This document shows, piece after piece, positions 1 through 11,849 of a stretch of 64,000 bases of DNA (its first letter is position 1; each line of letters starts with the position of its first letter). The position numbers and the translations under genes were made by a program. The notes beneath the pieces are model-generated. The model was not told the origin of the DNA. It worked only from the letters and a program-made list of their open reading frames with translations, and searched no databases. This DNA comes from Asterias rubens (taxonomy: Eukaryota). The stretch covers positions 19,778,001 to 19,842,000 of the forward strand of contig NC_047068.1 in the NCBI RefSeq assembly GCF_902459465.1, written 5' to 3'.

Positions 1-443
1 TTATTTTAGCATGTAAAAACTTGTTTTGATGACATTGCTTTACTCATTTCTCAAAAAGTACAGCACCTCCGCAACTAATATTTTAAGGTACGCTTTCTAC
101 TATCATTGTCTTCAAGCGGTGTAAGTATAATTTAAATTTGTTAACTTTGTGTTACAAAAAGTACCCAAATCCTTTAAATCAAATTAGAGATTTGTTAGAC
201 ATCAAAATCTTGACATCATGGACACCTACCCTTGGTTTTGGTGGCTTACAGGAGCACCATGTGATGATGATTTTTTTGGAATGACGTTTTTGGAAGAAGT
301 CAATGACTTGAAAAGAGTCAAAAGGTTTATAGTAAATGGACTGCACCAGTGTACTTGAGTCATCGCCCAGAGACTGATGGGATGTAGGGCGGAGTAGCTG
401 TTTATTTAGAGTCATCACTTTGATCATGTTATATTTTTTACAG

Positions 444-508
444 ATTCACATTTCTCGGAGGCATTTGAAGAGTGCTGCGAAATGGTTACATTCCATAAAC
501 CACCTTCT
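444..508 (+). CDS. ATAD5: ATAD5 internal exon (DSHFSEAFEECCEMVTFHKPPS)
   Basis: tttttacag acceptor and gtaagt donor; 65 nt, phase 1 to 0; resembles the recalled ATAD5 segment DPTFSLMFDGCFEEIKFSTP. Confidence 0.8.
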
Positions 509-3500
509 GTAAGTATTGGGTTTCATTTGTTATCATACTGTAATCGTTTCATGCTGTTAAAGAGTGTCCTGGCATAATACCAAGGCCCATTTCCAGTAAA
601 CATGCCCAGCAGAAAGTCCCTGCATTGTAACATCTGATAGGTTCTGGGTGTAGAGTTAGAGCAAAACAAGGCCTGCAAGCCCTTTTCATGAATGTTTTCA
701 TTCACAACTTTGATCCATTAGGCAGGCAAGCCTCTATAATAGCAGGTCTAAATTTCGTTCTTGAAGGGCGACAATAATTTTCCTCTGGTATGGGGCACTT
801 CTATGACTGAGGACAATTTACTTTTGTACTGGATCTTTTCAAAGGGCACAACAGCAAAAGCACAGGGCACCTTGGGTGCTCTGGGTGCCATTGAGGCCTG
901 ATATAGTTACTATGTGAGCTTTTTATGCTTTTCAATTACATGTTGTCTGCTCAGATTTATATGGCCATTAATGGCAATTTCATATACATAATAAACAAAA
1001 GGTTCTTAAAGGCAGTGGACACTAATGGTAGTTACTCAAAAAAATTGTAGTATAAAACACTGTGAGAAACGGCTCTCTCTGAAGTAACATAGTTTTCGAG
1101 AAAGAAGTAATTTTCCACGAATTTGGTTTCGAGACCTCATATTTAGAATTTGAGGTCTCAAAATCAAGCATCTGAAAGAACACAACTTCGTGTGACCAGG
1201 TTTTCTTTCTTTCATTATTATCTTGCAATTTCGACAACCAATTGAGCTCAAATTTTCACAGGTTTTTTACCTGGTGTATATGCTGAGATACACCAAGTGA
1301 GAAAACTGGTCTTTGACAATTACCAATAGTGTCCAGGGTCTTTAAATGAAAAATTCACATTGGGAAAAAAAGTCAAAACGAATACTTTGATGAGACTCTT
1401 CATCAATAAACCCAATGTACCAGATGCTTCAATATATGCAAAAGCGGTTTCACAAATCCTCAAAGTTCTAAGCAGATGAACATAAAACAAATGTTCTACT
1501 TTATTTTTCACTTGCCCTTGTTTCCTGTTAAACCTCATGTCTTTCTTTCACTCACATCAATTAGTCGCTACTAGCAACGCATCTTCAGCTACTCTGTCTC
1601 GCAGAGAACATCTACGCTTCTCATGCCAACCTGAAGCATGTTGTGTCACTCCTTGACCGAGATGTGCGCCGGTGCTGGTTGACGACGCAGTATTGGGCCA
1701 TCTCAGGGGCTGGACGAATCACTCGCAGTGTCCGGATAGTGGATCCTCAAGCTCAAGATAAAACACTGGATAAAGAATCTGTGGTAACAAAGACCAAAGA
1801 GCCTACAGAATGTACAGTACAGAGCGGCTGTTTCGAGAGCTTACTAGGATTGTGCAATTTGACCTCTGTGAATGGTGAAATTATGGCAATGTTGAAGGTA
1901 AGATCTGGAAATCCTTCTAAATATTATTATAGCCCGCAGTAGTTGCTGTGAATGACGAAATTCTCTTAAGTAGACACTGTGCTTTGGATATGTTGGTCAT
2001 TTGATGAATCAGGTAGCTTCCTTGGCTTATTATTGACCCCCTTGTTAGGCCAGCATTTTGTCTTCAAGAAGGCAAGGCCATTTCCATTTTGCAAAGGACA
2101 TTTCCATTGGAAAATCTTAAAGTCTATGGGTTAATTTTGAAGGGACCATAATGCCAAGACCTTGAACTTTGTTCTTGCAGGGGCAAAGCAAGTTTCCTTT
2201 GTTGGAAATTCAGGGTCAGAACAAATTTTTTAGAGTACGGGGGCGTGGTCAATGCAATCAAACATTCCTTCCGTAATGTACTGAATGGAGAAACCTCAGA
2301 AATTGTTCGCCCTTTTTTACCATTTAATTTTGAGACTTTGTTGATGGACATAAAGGGCTCCACCTGTCTGTACAGTGTTTTCACCTCCAGCAAAAAAGTT
2401 GTGCACAAGTTTATTGTTAAATGGGAAGAAAAAATTTGCGTGATTTTTCCGATTCCTAAATGGCACATTTTCTGTGGTTTACCCTTTAACTGCACATGTG
2501 ACACCAAGTTACGTTGGTTCCAGTTTAGATTGGTGCATAGAATTCTGGCTGTAAACTCCTTTCTTTCTAAAATTGGTCAGAAGAATTCTAATCTGTGTAC
2601 TTTTTGTAAAATGGAAGAAGAGACACTAGTCCACTTGTTTTGTAATTGCAAGGTGTCTCTGTATTTTTGGCGTCAGATAAAACACTGGTTGACTAATACA
2701 CTGAACATTGACATTAATTTTGACAACACGACCAAGCTGTTTGGTGTCCTTAATAGAAAATGGTCTGCTCTCAATTTAATTCTCATTCTTTGCCGTTTTC
2801 ATATTTATCGAATGAAGATGAACGACAGAAAGCCCTCATTTGTTCTTATCAAAAAGGAAATAAATCATTATTTTGTAATGGAAAAAATGATCTTTGTTAA
2901 AAATAACAACTTAGATAAGTTCAATACCAAATGGGAGCCTTTTGTATTGCTATGTACCAACTAAATGCCTTGCATAATCATCAAACTTCCTGTTTTTGCA
3001 ATTTGCCATTTCTCTCTTAGTATCGTTCTATAAGTAGTTGGTTTTACCAGTAGTTTGTATAGCTTTGTACATTGAAGAAACTTGAATAAATTTTCCCCTC
3101 CAGGAAAAAAAATAAAAAAAGTTTCCTTTGGTAAGTGGTGCTTCTATGAGGAAAACTTCAATTGTATTTTAACTTTGCAAAGGGCACCACAGCAAAAGCA
3201 CAGAACACCACGGCAATTGCTGTGTTAGTGTCATGGGTAAATTCGAGGCCTGCCTTGTTTTCTTATAGAAAAATTGTTTAGTTAAACAAACTCAGAAAAA
3301 TAGTGTACTGCTCAGAGTGTAATCTTAGGTTTCTTTTTTTTACATACAGGCACATAATCTTTTGTCTGTCCATGTGAGAGCCAGTGCTGCTAAGATATTC
3401 CACAAGGAAGGCGACACTTGTCTGCTGTTCAACCACGTGGACTCTTTGCTGCCACGGGCAAACTGTAAACAATATGCAAATCAGGGAATCACCATTGACC

Positions 3501-5947
3501 AATCACAGACGGCCAATGAAGTACAGGCAACCAATCAGAGAACTCATCAGGTCTTAAACTACAAGCTGGTCACATCGCTGGCTGCATTTGCAGACGACAT
3601 ATCCTTCATGGATTCCCATTTTTACTCTCAACATGATGGCAAGAAACTTAACGGCGAGGGCTGGTGGACCTCCCACACCAAACCAAGTATCACACTTGAA
3701 TCTTCAGAAACGGACGTCTGTATCGCCGTGCCAGAGGAAACCACTGCCTCACTGCGGGGATATCTAGAAGTCACTAGCTTTGATCGATGCTGTAGGAAGT
3801 ACAGAGAGGTCGCTAAGCAGTTTGAATCCTTGGACACGCCATCAAACAGTTTCTCCAACACGCATGACGTTCCAGCAAATATCGACAGCCGTCTCAAATT
3901 CAAACAGGAGGACCTCACAAAATGGTAAATAGTTTGATCTACTATAGTTTGTTTTTACCCTTACACAGTACACCAATGTACAAACTGTATACTCAGTACT
4001 TTCCCAGGAACTGTGAAAAAAATCCAGATGCAAATTAGTGAGATTGGAACCCAAGACCTTTGTATTGCTAGAGCAGATGTCTTGCCACTAGACCATCGAG
4101 CTAGCCCAGTGGCTAGAGGCAGTGAATCCTATATGTTAGCAGCGGGTACCGCAACCATTTAATAGAAGTTAGTTTTTGCATAGAGTGTAGCGGCCGAGTG
4201 GTTAAGAGCATTGAATTCAAATTCTGATGCTTAGTCACCGGAGTGTGGGTTTGAATCCAGGTGGTGACACTTGTCCTTGAGCAAGATACTTTACTATAAT
4301 TGCTTCTCTTAACCCAGAGGTATAAATGGGTACCCGCGAGGGTAGAGGTCAATATTGTGAATGAAAAAGCCTTCGGAGCGCCATGGCAGCTCGGGGCTGT
4401 ATACTCCCTATTGGGAGCTGCAAAAGATTAAAGGGATGTTATTGGCCCAATGACCAGGGGACTATAAATGTAAAGCCTATAAATGTAAAGCGCATTGATA
4501 CGGTTTATTTTTTACAGCCCTAATTTCAACTTCAGGACCGGATATTAATAAATTTTGTGTTTTCTTAATCTCTCAGTCCAGAGATGTACTCCACCATTGT
4601 GAGCAGACTGCCTTTGAACACCCACTGTAACCACCATGCTGTTGCAATGGATTATCTGCCTATACTTAGATGCATATGCAGGTCGGAGAAGCTCAGGGAA
4701 GAATTGAAGATTAAAAGGAGGTAAGTTGTGTTCAAATAATAAAAACTTATTTTGTTTTTGCGGGGTGTTGGTTCTGAAAAAAAAAACAGTGCTTGGTAAC
4801 TCTAATTTCGATCAGCATAATCTGATCTTCTTCAGGAGAATATAATATAAAAGATGTTAAATCGGGGATGAAGAATATTAATTACAAATTTTTTTTACCC
4901 ATACACCAATGTGTGTACTAGCACTGTATACTCCGTACTTTCCCCGAGTCCTGTGACTAAAAATATCACAGGTATGTTACTCGGGTGGGATTCGAACCCA
5001 CGACCTTGCAATCTTAGAGCAGTGTCTTACCAACTATGCTAGCGAGGTTGCCCGGTAGCAAGAGGCAGTTCAAATCCTATGTTCAGGAGAAAAGGTGTTT
5101 TTTTAAATCGGCCGCATGCTTTGGTGTTATGCAACAAATTGTACAAGTTGTGACTGTATCCTGCTCATTCTGCTAAGCAGAAAGGTTTATCATTATTTTC
5201 TGCTTAAGCAGCTCTAAGAAGTAGGGCCCAGAGTATAATTTTGCATGACTGCTCTAATTTCATTCAGCCTGTTTACTGTTAAGCAGATATTTGTGCTTGC
5301 TCCAGCAGAACAACATTAAACTAAAGTGTATTTTTCATTTCCATTTGTTAAACCCCACATCTTATTTTCAAAAACGATCATAAATATTTGACAGTGTGTG
5401 TAGGTATTCACATTGGATTTGCATTGTTGCGTCACTCATCTGCTTATAAGAACAGCTAACATGCTTTTATCCTAAGCTGGGGCCAATTTCATAGAGCTGC
5501 TTAAGCAAAAATCTTGCTTAAGCACGAAAATAGCTCGCTTATTTTGATACTGGCAAAAAATTCATGCAATACACATTGCTTGTGACTGGTATTTAGCTGT
5601 TGTTTGCTTAACATACCAAATGAGTGGAGTCTTGGCCGGTAATCTGATTTTACTAAGCAAGGATTTTTTTGCTTAAGCAAAAATTTGTGCTTAAGCAGCT
5701 CTATGAAATTGGGCCCTGATTGTGAGCAGTGCTTATGAAATGTTAACTACGCTTAGGGTTGACCCATAAAGATAAAATGTTATGCCAAAGTTAATTAGGT
5801 ATATTTTTCTTTTTCAGGTTCTTGCATTACTTGGAGTCTCTCTCACTCAATATCAAGCATACAGACCGGATTGCTCTGTGCAGCATCATGGAACGATCAC
5901 CAAGACCACATTGTGAAGATGAGAGGATAGCTAAACTTGAGGCATGA
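444..5947 (+). CDS. ATAD5: ATAD5 (Elg1, RFC-like PCNA unloader), 3' part: join(444-508,1565-1897,3350-3924,4577-4720,5818-5947); 5' exons lie upstream of the window
   Basis: Five AG/GT-bounded exons join in frame (phases 1/0/0/2/2). Peptides SLLATHLQLLCLAENI...RDVRRCWLTTQYWAISGAG, AFADDISFMDS and DYLPILRCICRSEKLREELKIKRRFLHYLE match recalled ATAD5 C-terminal motifs. Confidence 0.92.
1006..1345. mobile_element. Non-autonomous TTAA-flanked DNA transposon, family K1 (Kolobok-like)
   Basis: TTAA|AGGCAGTGGACACT...AGTGTCCAGGGTCT|TTAA termini. Other copies at about 6947-7307, 10201-10483, 28005-28375, 42993-43398, 53500-53860, 54334-54700 and 58131-58641. Confidence 0.8.
1565..1897 (+). CDS. ATAD5: ATAD5 internal exon
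   Basis: caattag acceptor and gtaaga donor; 333 nt open frame containing ORF 1643-1942. Confidence 0.9.
2202..3118 (+). mobile_element. 5'-truncated L1/Tx1-clade LINE (ORF2 C-terminus, zf-RVT CCHC finger) in an ATAD5 intron
   Basis: ORF 2245-2964 contains KLRWFQFRLVHRIL and CTFCKMEEETLVHLFCNC; AATAAA and A-rich tail at about 3085-3120; 12-bp direct repeat aagtttcctttg at 2190-2201 and 3119-3130. Confidence 0.9.
3350..3924 (+). CDS. ATAD5: ATAD5 internal exon
   Basis: tacatacag acceptor and gtaaat donor; same frame as ORF 3362-3928; phase 0 to 2. Confidence 0.88.
4187..4500 (+). mobile_element. tRNA-derived SINE with CORE-like central domain
   Basis: A box ggccgagtggtt, B box gtttgaatcc, then gacacttgtccttgagcaagatac...gtataaatgggtacc; reverse copy at about 34900-35140. 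Confidence 0.65.
4577..4720 (+). CDS. ATAD5: ATAD5 penultimate coding exon
   Basis: tctctcag acceptor and gtaagt donor; encodes ...MDYLPILRCICRSEKLREELKIKR. Confidence 0.92.
4895..5085 (-). mobile_element. tRNA-derived SINE-like family S1
   Basis: Minus strand tagttggtaagacactgctct...gggttcgaatcccacccgag (A/B boxes); copies at about 3945-4165, 26140-26385, 29915-30160, 31420-31720, 36640-36945 and 48175-48365. Confidence 0.7.
5478..5717. mobile_element. Palindromic MITE family P1
   Basis: TIR gggccaatttcatagagctgcttaagca / tgcttaagcagctctatgaaattgggccc; copies at about 28930-29123, 34673-34900 and 39497-39755. Confidence 0.8.
5818..5947 (+). CDS. ATAD5: ATAD5 terminal coding exon
   Basis: ttttcag acceptor; RFLHYLESLSLNIKHTDRIALCS...LEA then TGA at 5945-5947. 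Confidence 0.9.
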
Positions 5948-5959
5948 ATTGTGTAACAC

Positions 5960-6372
5960 AAGGGAGACATTGCCTTTGGATCGGTCGAGTTGGTCCATGA
6001 AAAAGCTTTTGAAACCAATTGTTTATAAAATGCATATGGTTAGAAAGATGTCTTAAAAGTAGAGTGGAAAATAGAATTAGCTGTTGCAAACAACTTACCA
6101 ACCAAATGGACCGAGAGTGTAAATGCAAAAAAAAATTAGAATATAATAATCCACACAAGCATGCCTCGAAACTGCATGGTTTCCATTTTTTTGGCGTCAA
6201 AAGCTTGACTCCATAAAATGGTTCACCGTGTATTTGGAAAACCGTGCTGTTTCGAGTCATATTTGTGTGGAAAACTATATTCTACTTTTAAAACATCTTT
6301 CGAACCATATGCAATTTATAACAAACAGTTTTCATGGGCCAACTCCCCGATCCAAGGCAAATGTCCCTTTAA
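5960..6372. mobile_element. TTAA-flanked MITE family K2 in the ATAD5 3' region
   Basis: TIR-like gacattgcctttggatcgg / ccgatccaaggcaaatgtccctttaa; relatives at about 24930-25190, 29340-29850 and 40790-41030. Confidence 0.7.
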
Positions 6373-6516
6373 AGTGCACTACCAAGTGTACTCATTAAAG
6401 GGGCTGAGAAATAGTTTTGGATTTGAACAAAGACTACTTTACTCTAGCGGGATTTGAACCAACGACCTCCGGATTAATGTATCGGTGCTCTACCAACTGA
6501 GCTATCCAGCTCTATG

Positions 6517-6825
6517 TTAAAGATGCTATGTCAGATTTTTGGCCGATTTGACCCAAAAATTTCGATTTAAAATTTAATAGGTATTTTGATGGGGGTCGAG
6601 AAAGTTACAAGCTTTCATTTGAGCCATTGATCCCGACAATATATCACGTGACCAATTCTTATGTTTTTTATAAGAAACGTTTTAAATTTTTGTCATGGTT
6701 CCTGACCATTAAAAGTAAAAGTTAAACTTTTTTTCGATAGCGGGTGATACTCTTTGAAATATCATTCACTCAAACAAATATTTTTTTTAATGTTTGGGGC
6801 CAAAAATCTGACATATCATCTTTAA
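6517..6825. mobile_element. TTAA-flanked MITE family K3
   Basis: TTAA|AGATGCTATGTCAGATTTTTGGCC ... GGCCAAAAATCTGACATATCATCT|TTAA. Confidence 0.8.
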
Positions 6826-6946
6826 GTAGGATTTGAAACTTTTCATGGTGGAAGTACGATGTAGTAAGGTTTGCGGTAACACTATGTAATGATTGATTTC
6901 AACTCAATGTTGAAAACTGCTGTGTAGCGCGGGATCACAACCAAGT

Positions 6947-7307
6947 TTAAATGCAGTGGACACTATTGGTAATTACTCAGAATAATTATTAGCATAAAAC
7001 CTTACTTGGTGACGAGTAATGAGGAGAGGTTGATAGTATAAAACGTTGTGAGAAACGGCTCCCTCTGAAGTGACATAGTTTTTGAGAAAGAAGTAATTTT
7101 TCATGAATTTGATATCGAGACCTCTGAGATTTAGATTTTTAGGTCTCGAAATCAACCATCCCAAAGTACATAATTATTATTATTTCGTAACTTCGACGAC
7201 CAATTGAGCTCAAATTTTCACAGGTATGTTATTTTATGCATATGTTGAGATACACCAAGTGAGAAGACTGGTCATTGACAATTACCAATAGTGTCCAGTG
7301 TCTTTAA
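6947..7307. mobile_element. K1 Kolobok-like MITE copy
   Basis: TTAA ends, TIR gcagtggacactattggtaatt / aattaccaatagtgtccagtg. Confidence 0.8.
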
Positions 7308-8691
7308 GATATACAACCTGGGAAGCGGCAGCCAGGTAATCAGAAATCTCAGACTTTTATCTGAATTCAGACTTTGTAAAAGTTAGCCTCGTGAAGAAAA
7401 TCAGTCATTATTTTGTATGAAGAAGTCCTGCTGTTTCATCAGTGCTGTGGACAAGTGTTCCTAAAAGCCAGTGCTTTTACAGTGCAATCAAAACTCCAGG
7501 GGCTACTGGGTGCAAATGCCACCATTTCGTCATAATTTGGATCCTAGTTTTATACTTTTTTTTTCAGGTATGACTCTCACCCATTGTTTCAGTAAAATAA
7601 CAACGATTTGTTACCCTTATGGTACGTTAGGCTCTTCCTTAATCTACTTCCATTTTAAACCAATTTTGATCAAGTTTTCTGTAAAGAATCAATGTTGTGT
7701 ATACTGCACAGAATTTTGTGTGAAATTTAATATAAAAGAAAATAATCTTTACTTACATGTATTTTAAATAATTGTTTTTGTATAACGGCTTATAGGAGTG
7801 AGTTTAGAAATAAATTAATTTTGTTGTTGTCTTTGGAAATTAAGGTATAAATGCCTTAGTGAAGATTTATTTCAATAAATTTATAACATGACACCATACC
7901 ACCAACTGTTGAGAAATGAAGCATCTCAATTCACAACAATAAGGATTGTTTGTTTTAATAAACCTTTAAATTTGAGGTCTCTGTAGTAGAAGAACACCAC
8001 CCCCCCCCTCCCTCACCCCGCGAAACACTTTGTTAACTTCAAGCCCTGCCATTTCCACACACTGAAAATGAGGACTGTGAGTAGCCATGGTGTTTGCTTA
8101 AACCTACTCCCAATGGGGGGTCGGCCAATTCCCGGGACATAGCTGGGGGTTTGCCTGGGTTACCACCTCTAGGCTGAAAAGGTTAATCAAATTTTTCCGA
8201 GTGAATTATTTGACAAAATTCATAAGATGAAGCCGACATACATATGTTCATGTTTGACACATAATCTCATGCTTGTGTTTTTGTGTATGTGTATGCAAGT
8301 TCATTAAGTATAATCTCATTTGCATAAATCCCTGAATCCCACCACAGCCCTCAAGACGGTAGTGGCACTATGTTTATAAGATTTTCCATAATTGTATCTT
8401 GACTAAAGATGTGAAAAGGCTCCCCAACTGTACATGGTTAATAATTATGGGTGCACCAACTAGACGTTTAAAAATGGCTGCACCAACTACACATTCCGAA
8501 ATGGCTGCACCAATTCCACGTTCAAAAATGGCAATTCCACATCGGGACACAACATGGAAAATCTTATCAACATTAATTTGAAGACAAAAAGCTCGCTAAC
8601 CCCTCCTCACACCTTGAAAAGTTACCAAAAAAATAATGAAACAGCGTGTTCTTAATTATTTTATTTTGGACATAGTTCTAGATTTTCTTGT

Positions 8692-8844
8692 GGGTGCGTT
8701 CGTTTAGCTTCCCTGGGTCAACCCCGGCGTGTGGTGTTTTTTTTTCCCAGGACGAACGTGGGTAATTATCTGCACACGTTCGTCCTGAAAAAAAGAAAAT
8801 GCCACGCACCGGGGTCGACCCGGGGAAGCTAAACGAACGCATCC
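8692..8844. mobile_element. Fold-back MITE of about 155 bp
   Basis: gggtgcgttcgtttagcttccc / gggaagctaaacgaacgcatcc arms, plus internal aggacgaacgtg / cacgttcgtcct. Confidence 0.8.
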
Positions 8845-8849
8845 TGTAT

Positions 8850-8960
8850 AACCAGCGGCAAAAATACCAACAGGCTACCAGTGCAATGCAAACTGTGTAC
8901 TACAACGCATGCCGGGTACCAGGTTGCCGCCGCCATATTGCAAAAAACAATTACCACGTG
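8850..8960. promoter_or_regulatory. Candidate promoter (YY1-type gccgccatattg, E-box cacgtg)
   Basis: Motifs in a CpG-enriched patch upstream of the 9058 donor; transcription direction is not established. Confidence 0.35.
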
Positions 8961-10200
8961 AACTAAAGACCTTGTTTTTCCCGTTGGACAATTTCTTTCC
9001 CCGTTTTTCCTGTATTTACGGACGACTTCATGGCTTGAGTTTTCACAAATTAACAGGGTGAGTTGGTACCATGGTGGTATCTGTGTGGACAATTTAATTA
9101 TTCTGTTGAAAACCTGCGTTTGGGAACTTAGTCTGGTTTGTGATTTTCACGACGGCGCAAAATTTAAATCGCATGTTTGGACCGTAACCATGGAGGTAGC
9201 TACATGTAGTTCCACCTCCTTGTTTGGACGACCTAGTGGAACTGGAATGAAATGCTCACTTTACTGTGCGCATGGTGGGGATAATTTTATATATTTTTTT
9301 AGAAACTGAAAACATTCATTTGTAAGTTCCGACACCCCTAAGCCTATGTTCCGACAAGTTATTTTTGCACATTAGGGCCTACTCTGATTTTTATTAGCAA
9401 TAATAAAAACATAACCTGTATTGGTTTTACCGGTTTCCCGACGAATATCGTCAAGAAATATAAAGTTTGAACATTCGTAAAGTGAATTTCTACTTTTTAA
9501 TAAGAGGGAGTCAAATTAATATCGTTCAATCATTGAAATTGTTGCTTGTTTAATTAGGCATGTATTTCATTTTTTGTGTGATTATAAACACGAGTAATCA
9601 TGGTTATTGCTCCCCGAGTAAGCTGGCAATAATTATACTTGGCAATTGTTCTTTGATTGGATGCATGTCCGTGTTGATTACATTTCATGAGCCTTCAGTT
9701 TCTAAAAATTCAAACTTTCCCCTGCGAGTCGCTAATGCGCCGATATGTCATTTCTTTCAAATTATTTGCCCCTCAAACAAAAATAACAAAGTTAACAATT
9801 AATCAGCCGTCAGCCCTTTTTTTGTTGTTGAACTATTTGAGTTCTATAGAAGAATAAAACTTTTTATATAAATTCAAGTCTTCTGAGGGACGACATAAAG
9901 ATAGGTTTATCAGTGCGTTTATGGATTAAATTGCTGGGAGGTGTATTTTATTAACTTGCACCGTTTTTGCTTTTAAAGGCCAACACCAAAATGTCGGTGC
10001 AGATTGTCAGAACATAGGGGCGCCGACCCCCCCCCCCCCCCCCCCCCCCGTTGAATTACTCCATGTTCAAATTACAAGAAAACATTATTGGTTTATTCTG
10101 CTTTAATTAAATATTTGTGATTTTGTGTTTGGTAAAGAAAAACATGTCTTGAAAGGAAAAACATGTCTTGAAAGGTAATGTTTGATAAAATCTGTCGCTG

Positions 10201-10483
10201 TTAAAGTGAAGGTACACGTTTGGTAATTACTAAAAACAAATATGAACTTAAAAACTAATCTCTCACTAAAATAATAAAAGACTCTAGCTAGAAGTCTTTT
10301 ATCCCTATCTGAAAGCACACAAATTCGTTCACTAGGTGTTTTTCGATCATCATTTTCTCCCAACTCCGATGACCAATATTGAGCTAAAATTTTCCCAGGT
10401 TTGTTATTTTATGCATTTGTTGAGATACACCAAGTGAGAGCACTGGTCTTTGACAACTACCAATAGTGTACCTTCCCTTGAAG
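10201..10483. mobile_element. K1-related MITE copy (diverged)
   Basis: Shares internal blocks such as gagatacaccaagtgagagcactggtctttgacaa with other K1 copies. Confidence 0.65.
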
Positions 10484-11849
10484 TTTCCGATTTTTGTTTC
10501 ATTGTACATGAGTATAACTCAGACATTGCTTTCTTTTTGTTGTTGTTTTTTCTGTTGATCAATTTGTAAATGAGTGTAACATTAAATTAAACTCAATCAT
10601 AGTGTTAGACTGTTCAGTGAGTGGTTAATTTTTTTCCCACAATTTTTTTCTCCTTGTTCGACCCAAAATTTAAATTTTAAATTTACCCAGAAAAAATGTC
10701 CTTGCAGGGTTAAACAAAAATACTTCGTTTTTCTAGTATGCACCTTGCCGGAAAAAAAACATCAACAACAGCACGGGGTTGGCTAAACAATTCAGTTCAA
10801 ACTGAACCTAAAAACCATCATTATAGTCTCGAAGATTCTAAATCAGGCAAACCAGTGCGATCAGTTGCTGGATGTGATTTAGGTCTTAACCCTCATTATC
10901 AAAACTCATGGTCAAACTTGCATGCTTAAATTTATGCATATTGTTTTAAATAACTGTCAATTTACCATCCTTTTAAAATTACAATACAGGATTGTCCTTG
11001 CTGGTGGAGAAAATGTTCTGTCCTGCAGAAGTATGCGAGTGTGATGCCAAGTAAACACCTGATCAACTCCTGCCCTGTATTCAGCTCTTCCTGTAAACAC
11101 CAATGCTGTACAGACCTGGACGATGACACCATCAAATGGCTGTGAGAATACCATCCTACCAATCTCACTTTGATCCCAAGGTACTTTCTATACCTTTAAT
11201 GACCATACCAGGATTGCTAATCACCAAGAAGCAACGTTTATTTATGTCATTCTAGAAGCTCACTGATTAATTCCTCCAGAGATTTTCTTATCAAAATTGA
11301 GAAACTAGCATTTGAAGACTTCGAAATTCACTGCTGTAGGCCTACTACATTTTTGTATACGAACACAAAAACTGAGAAAATAATATAAACTATCCTTAGT
11401 TGATTTAGAGCTGACAAAGTTAATGATAATTTGGCAGTTTGTTTGTATGCGTTGTTATTTAGGAGGTGCAGAATGAGTGTACTCTTTCAATAAAAATGTC
11501 TACTTGAAAACACAGAGTTTTTATTTTTCAGATGGCTGCCACGGATATCCACATGTCTGGCAAGGTGAAGTAGACGAACCATCCATACTGTTGAGATGTC
11601 CTACTGGGATGGAAATGACCACAAGCGTCATTAGACAGGGATCTGGACTACTTCATGGAGTCCAGACATTCACAATGAGTGCCTTCGAATCTGTTGTTTG
11701 ACTGAGATATCCTTTTGATATACAGTCATTACAGGTAAGACAATCTCCTGAATAAAGTCACTTGAGTGGATAAACGGGATTGTTCAATAGTTGTTATGTG
11801 GCGCCGGGATAAAGAACATTAATATTAGTGTAATATACACCTATGTGTG

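Noticed and set aside
179-705. Minus-strand ORFs 179-427 and 523-705
   Set aside because: Antisense to ATAD5 intron and exon sequence; no recognisable motif or splice context
6440-6516. tRNA-like sequence on the minus strand (also the S1/S2/S3 heads)
   Set aside because: A and B boxes are present but there is no pairing acceptor stem, and it is embedded in repeat bodies; these are SINE heads, not tRNA genes
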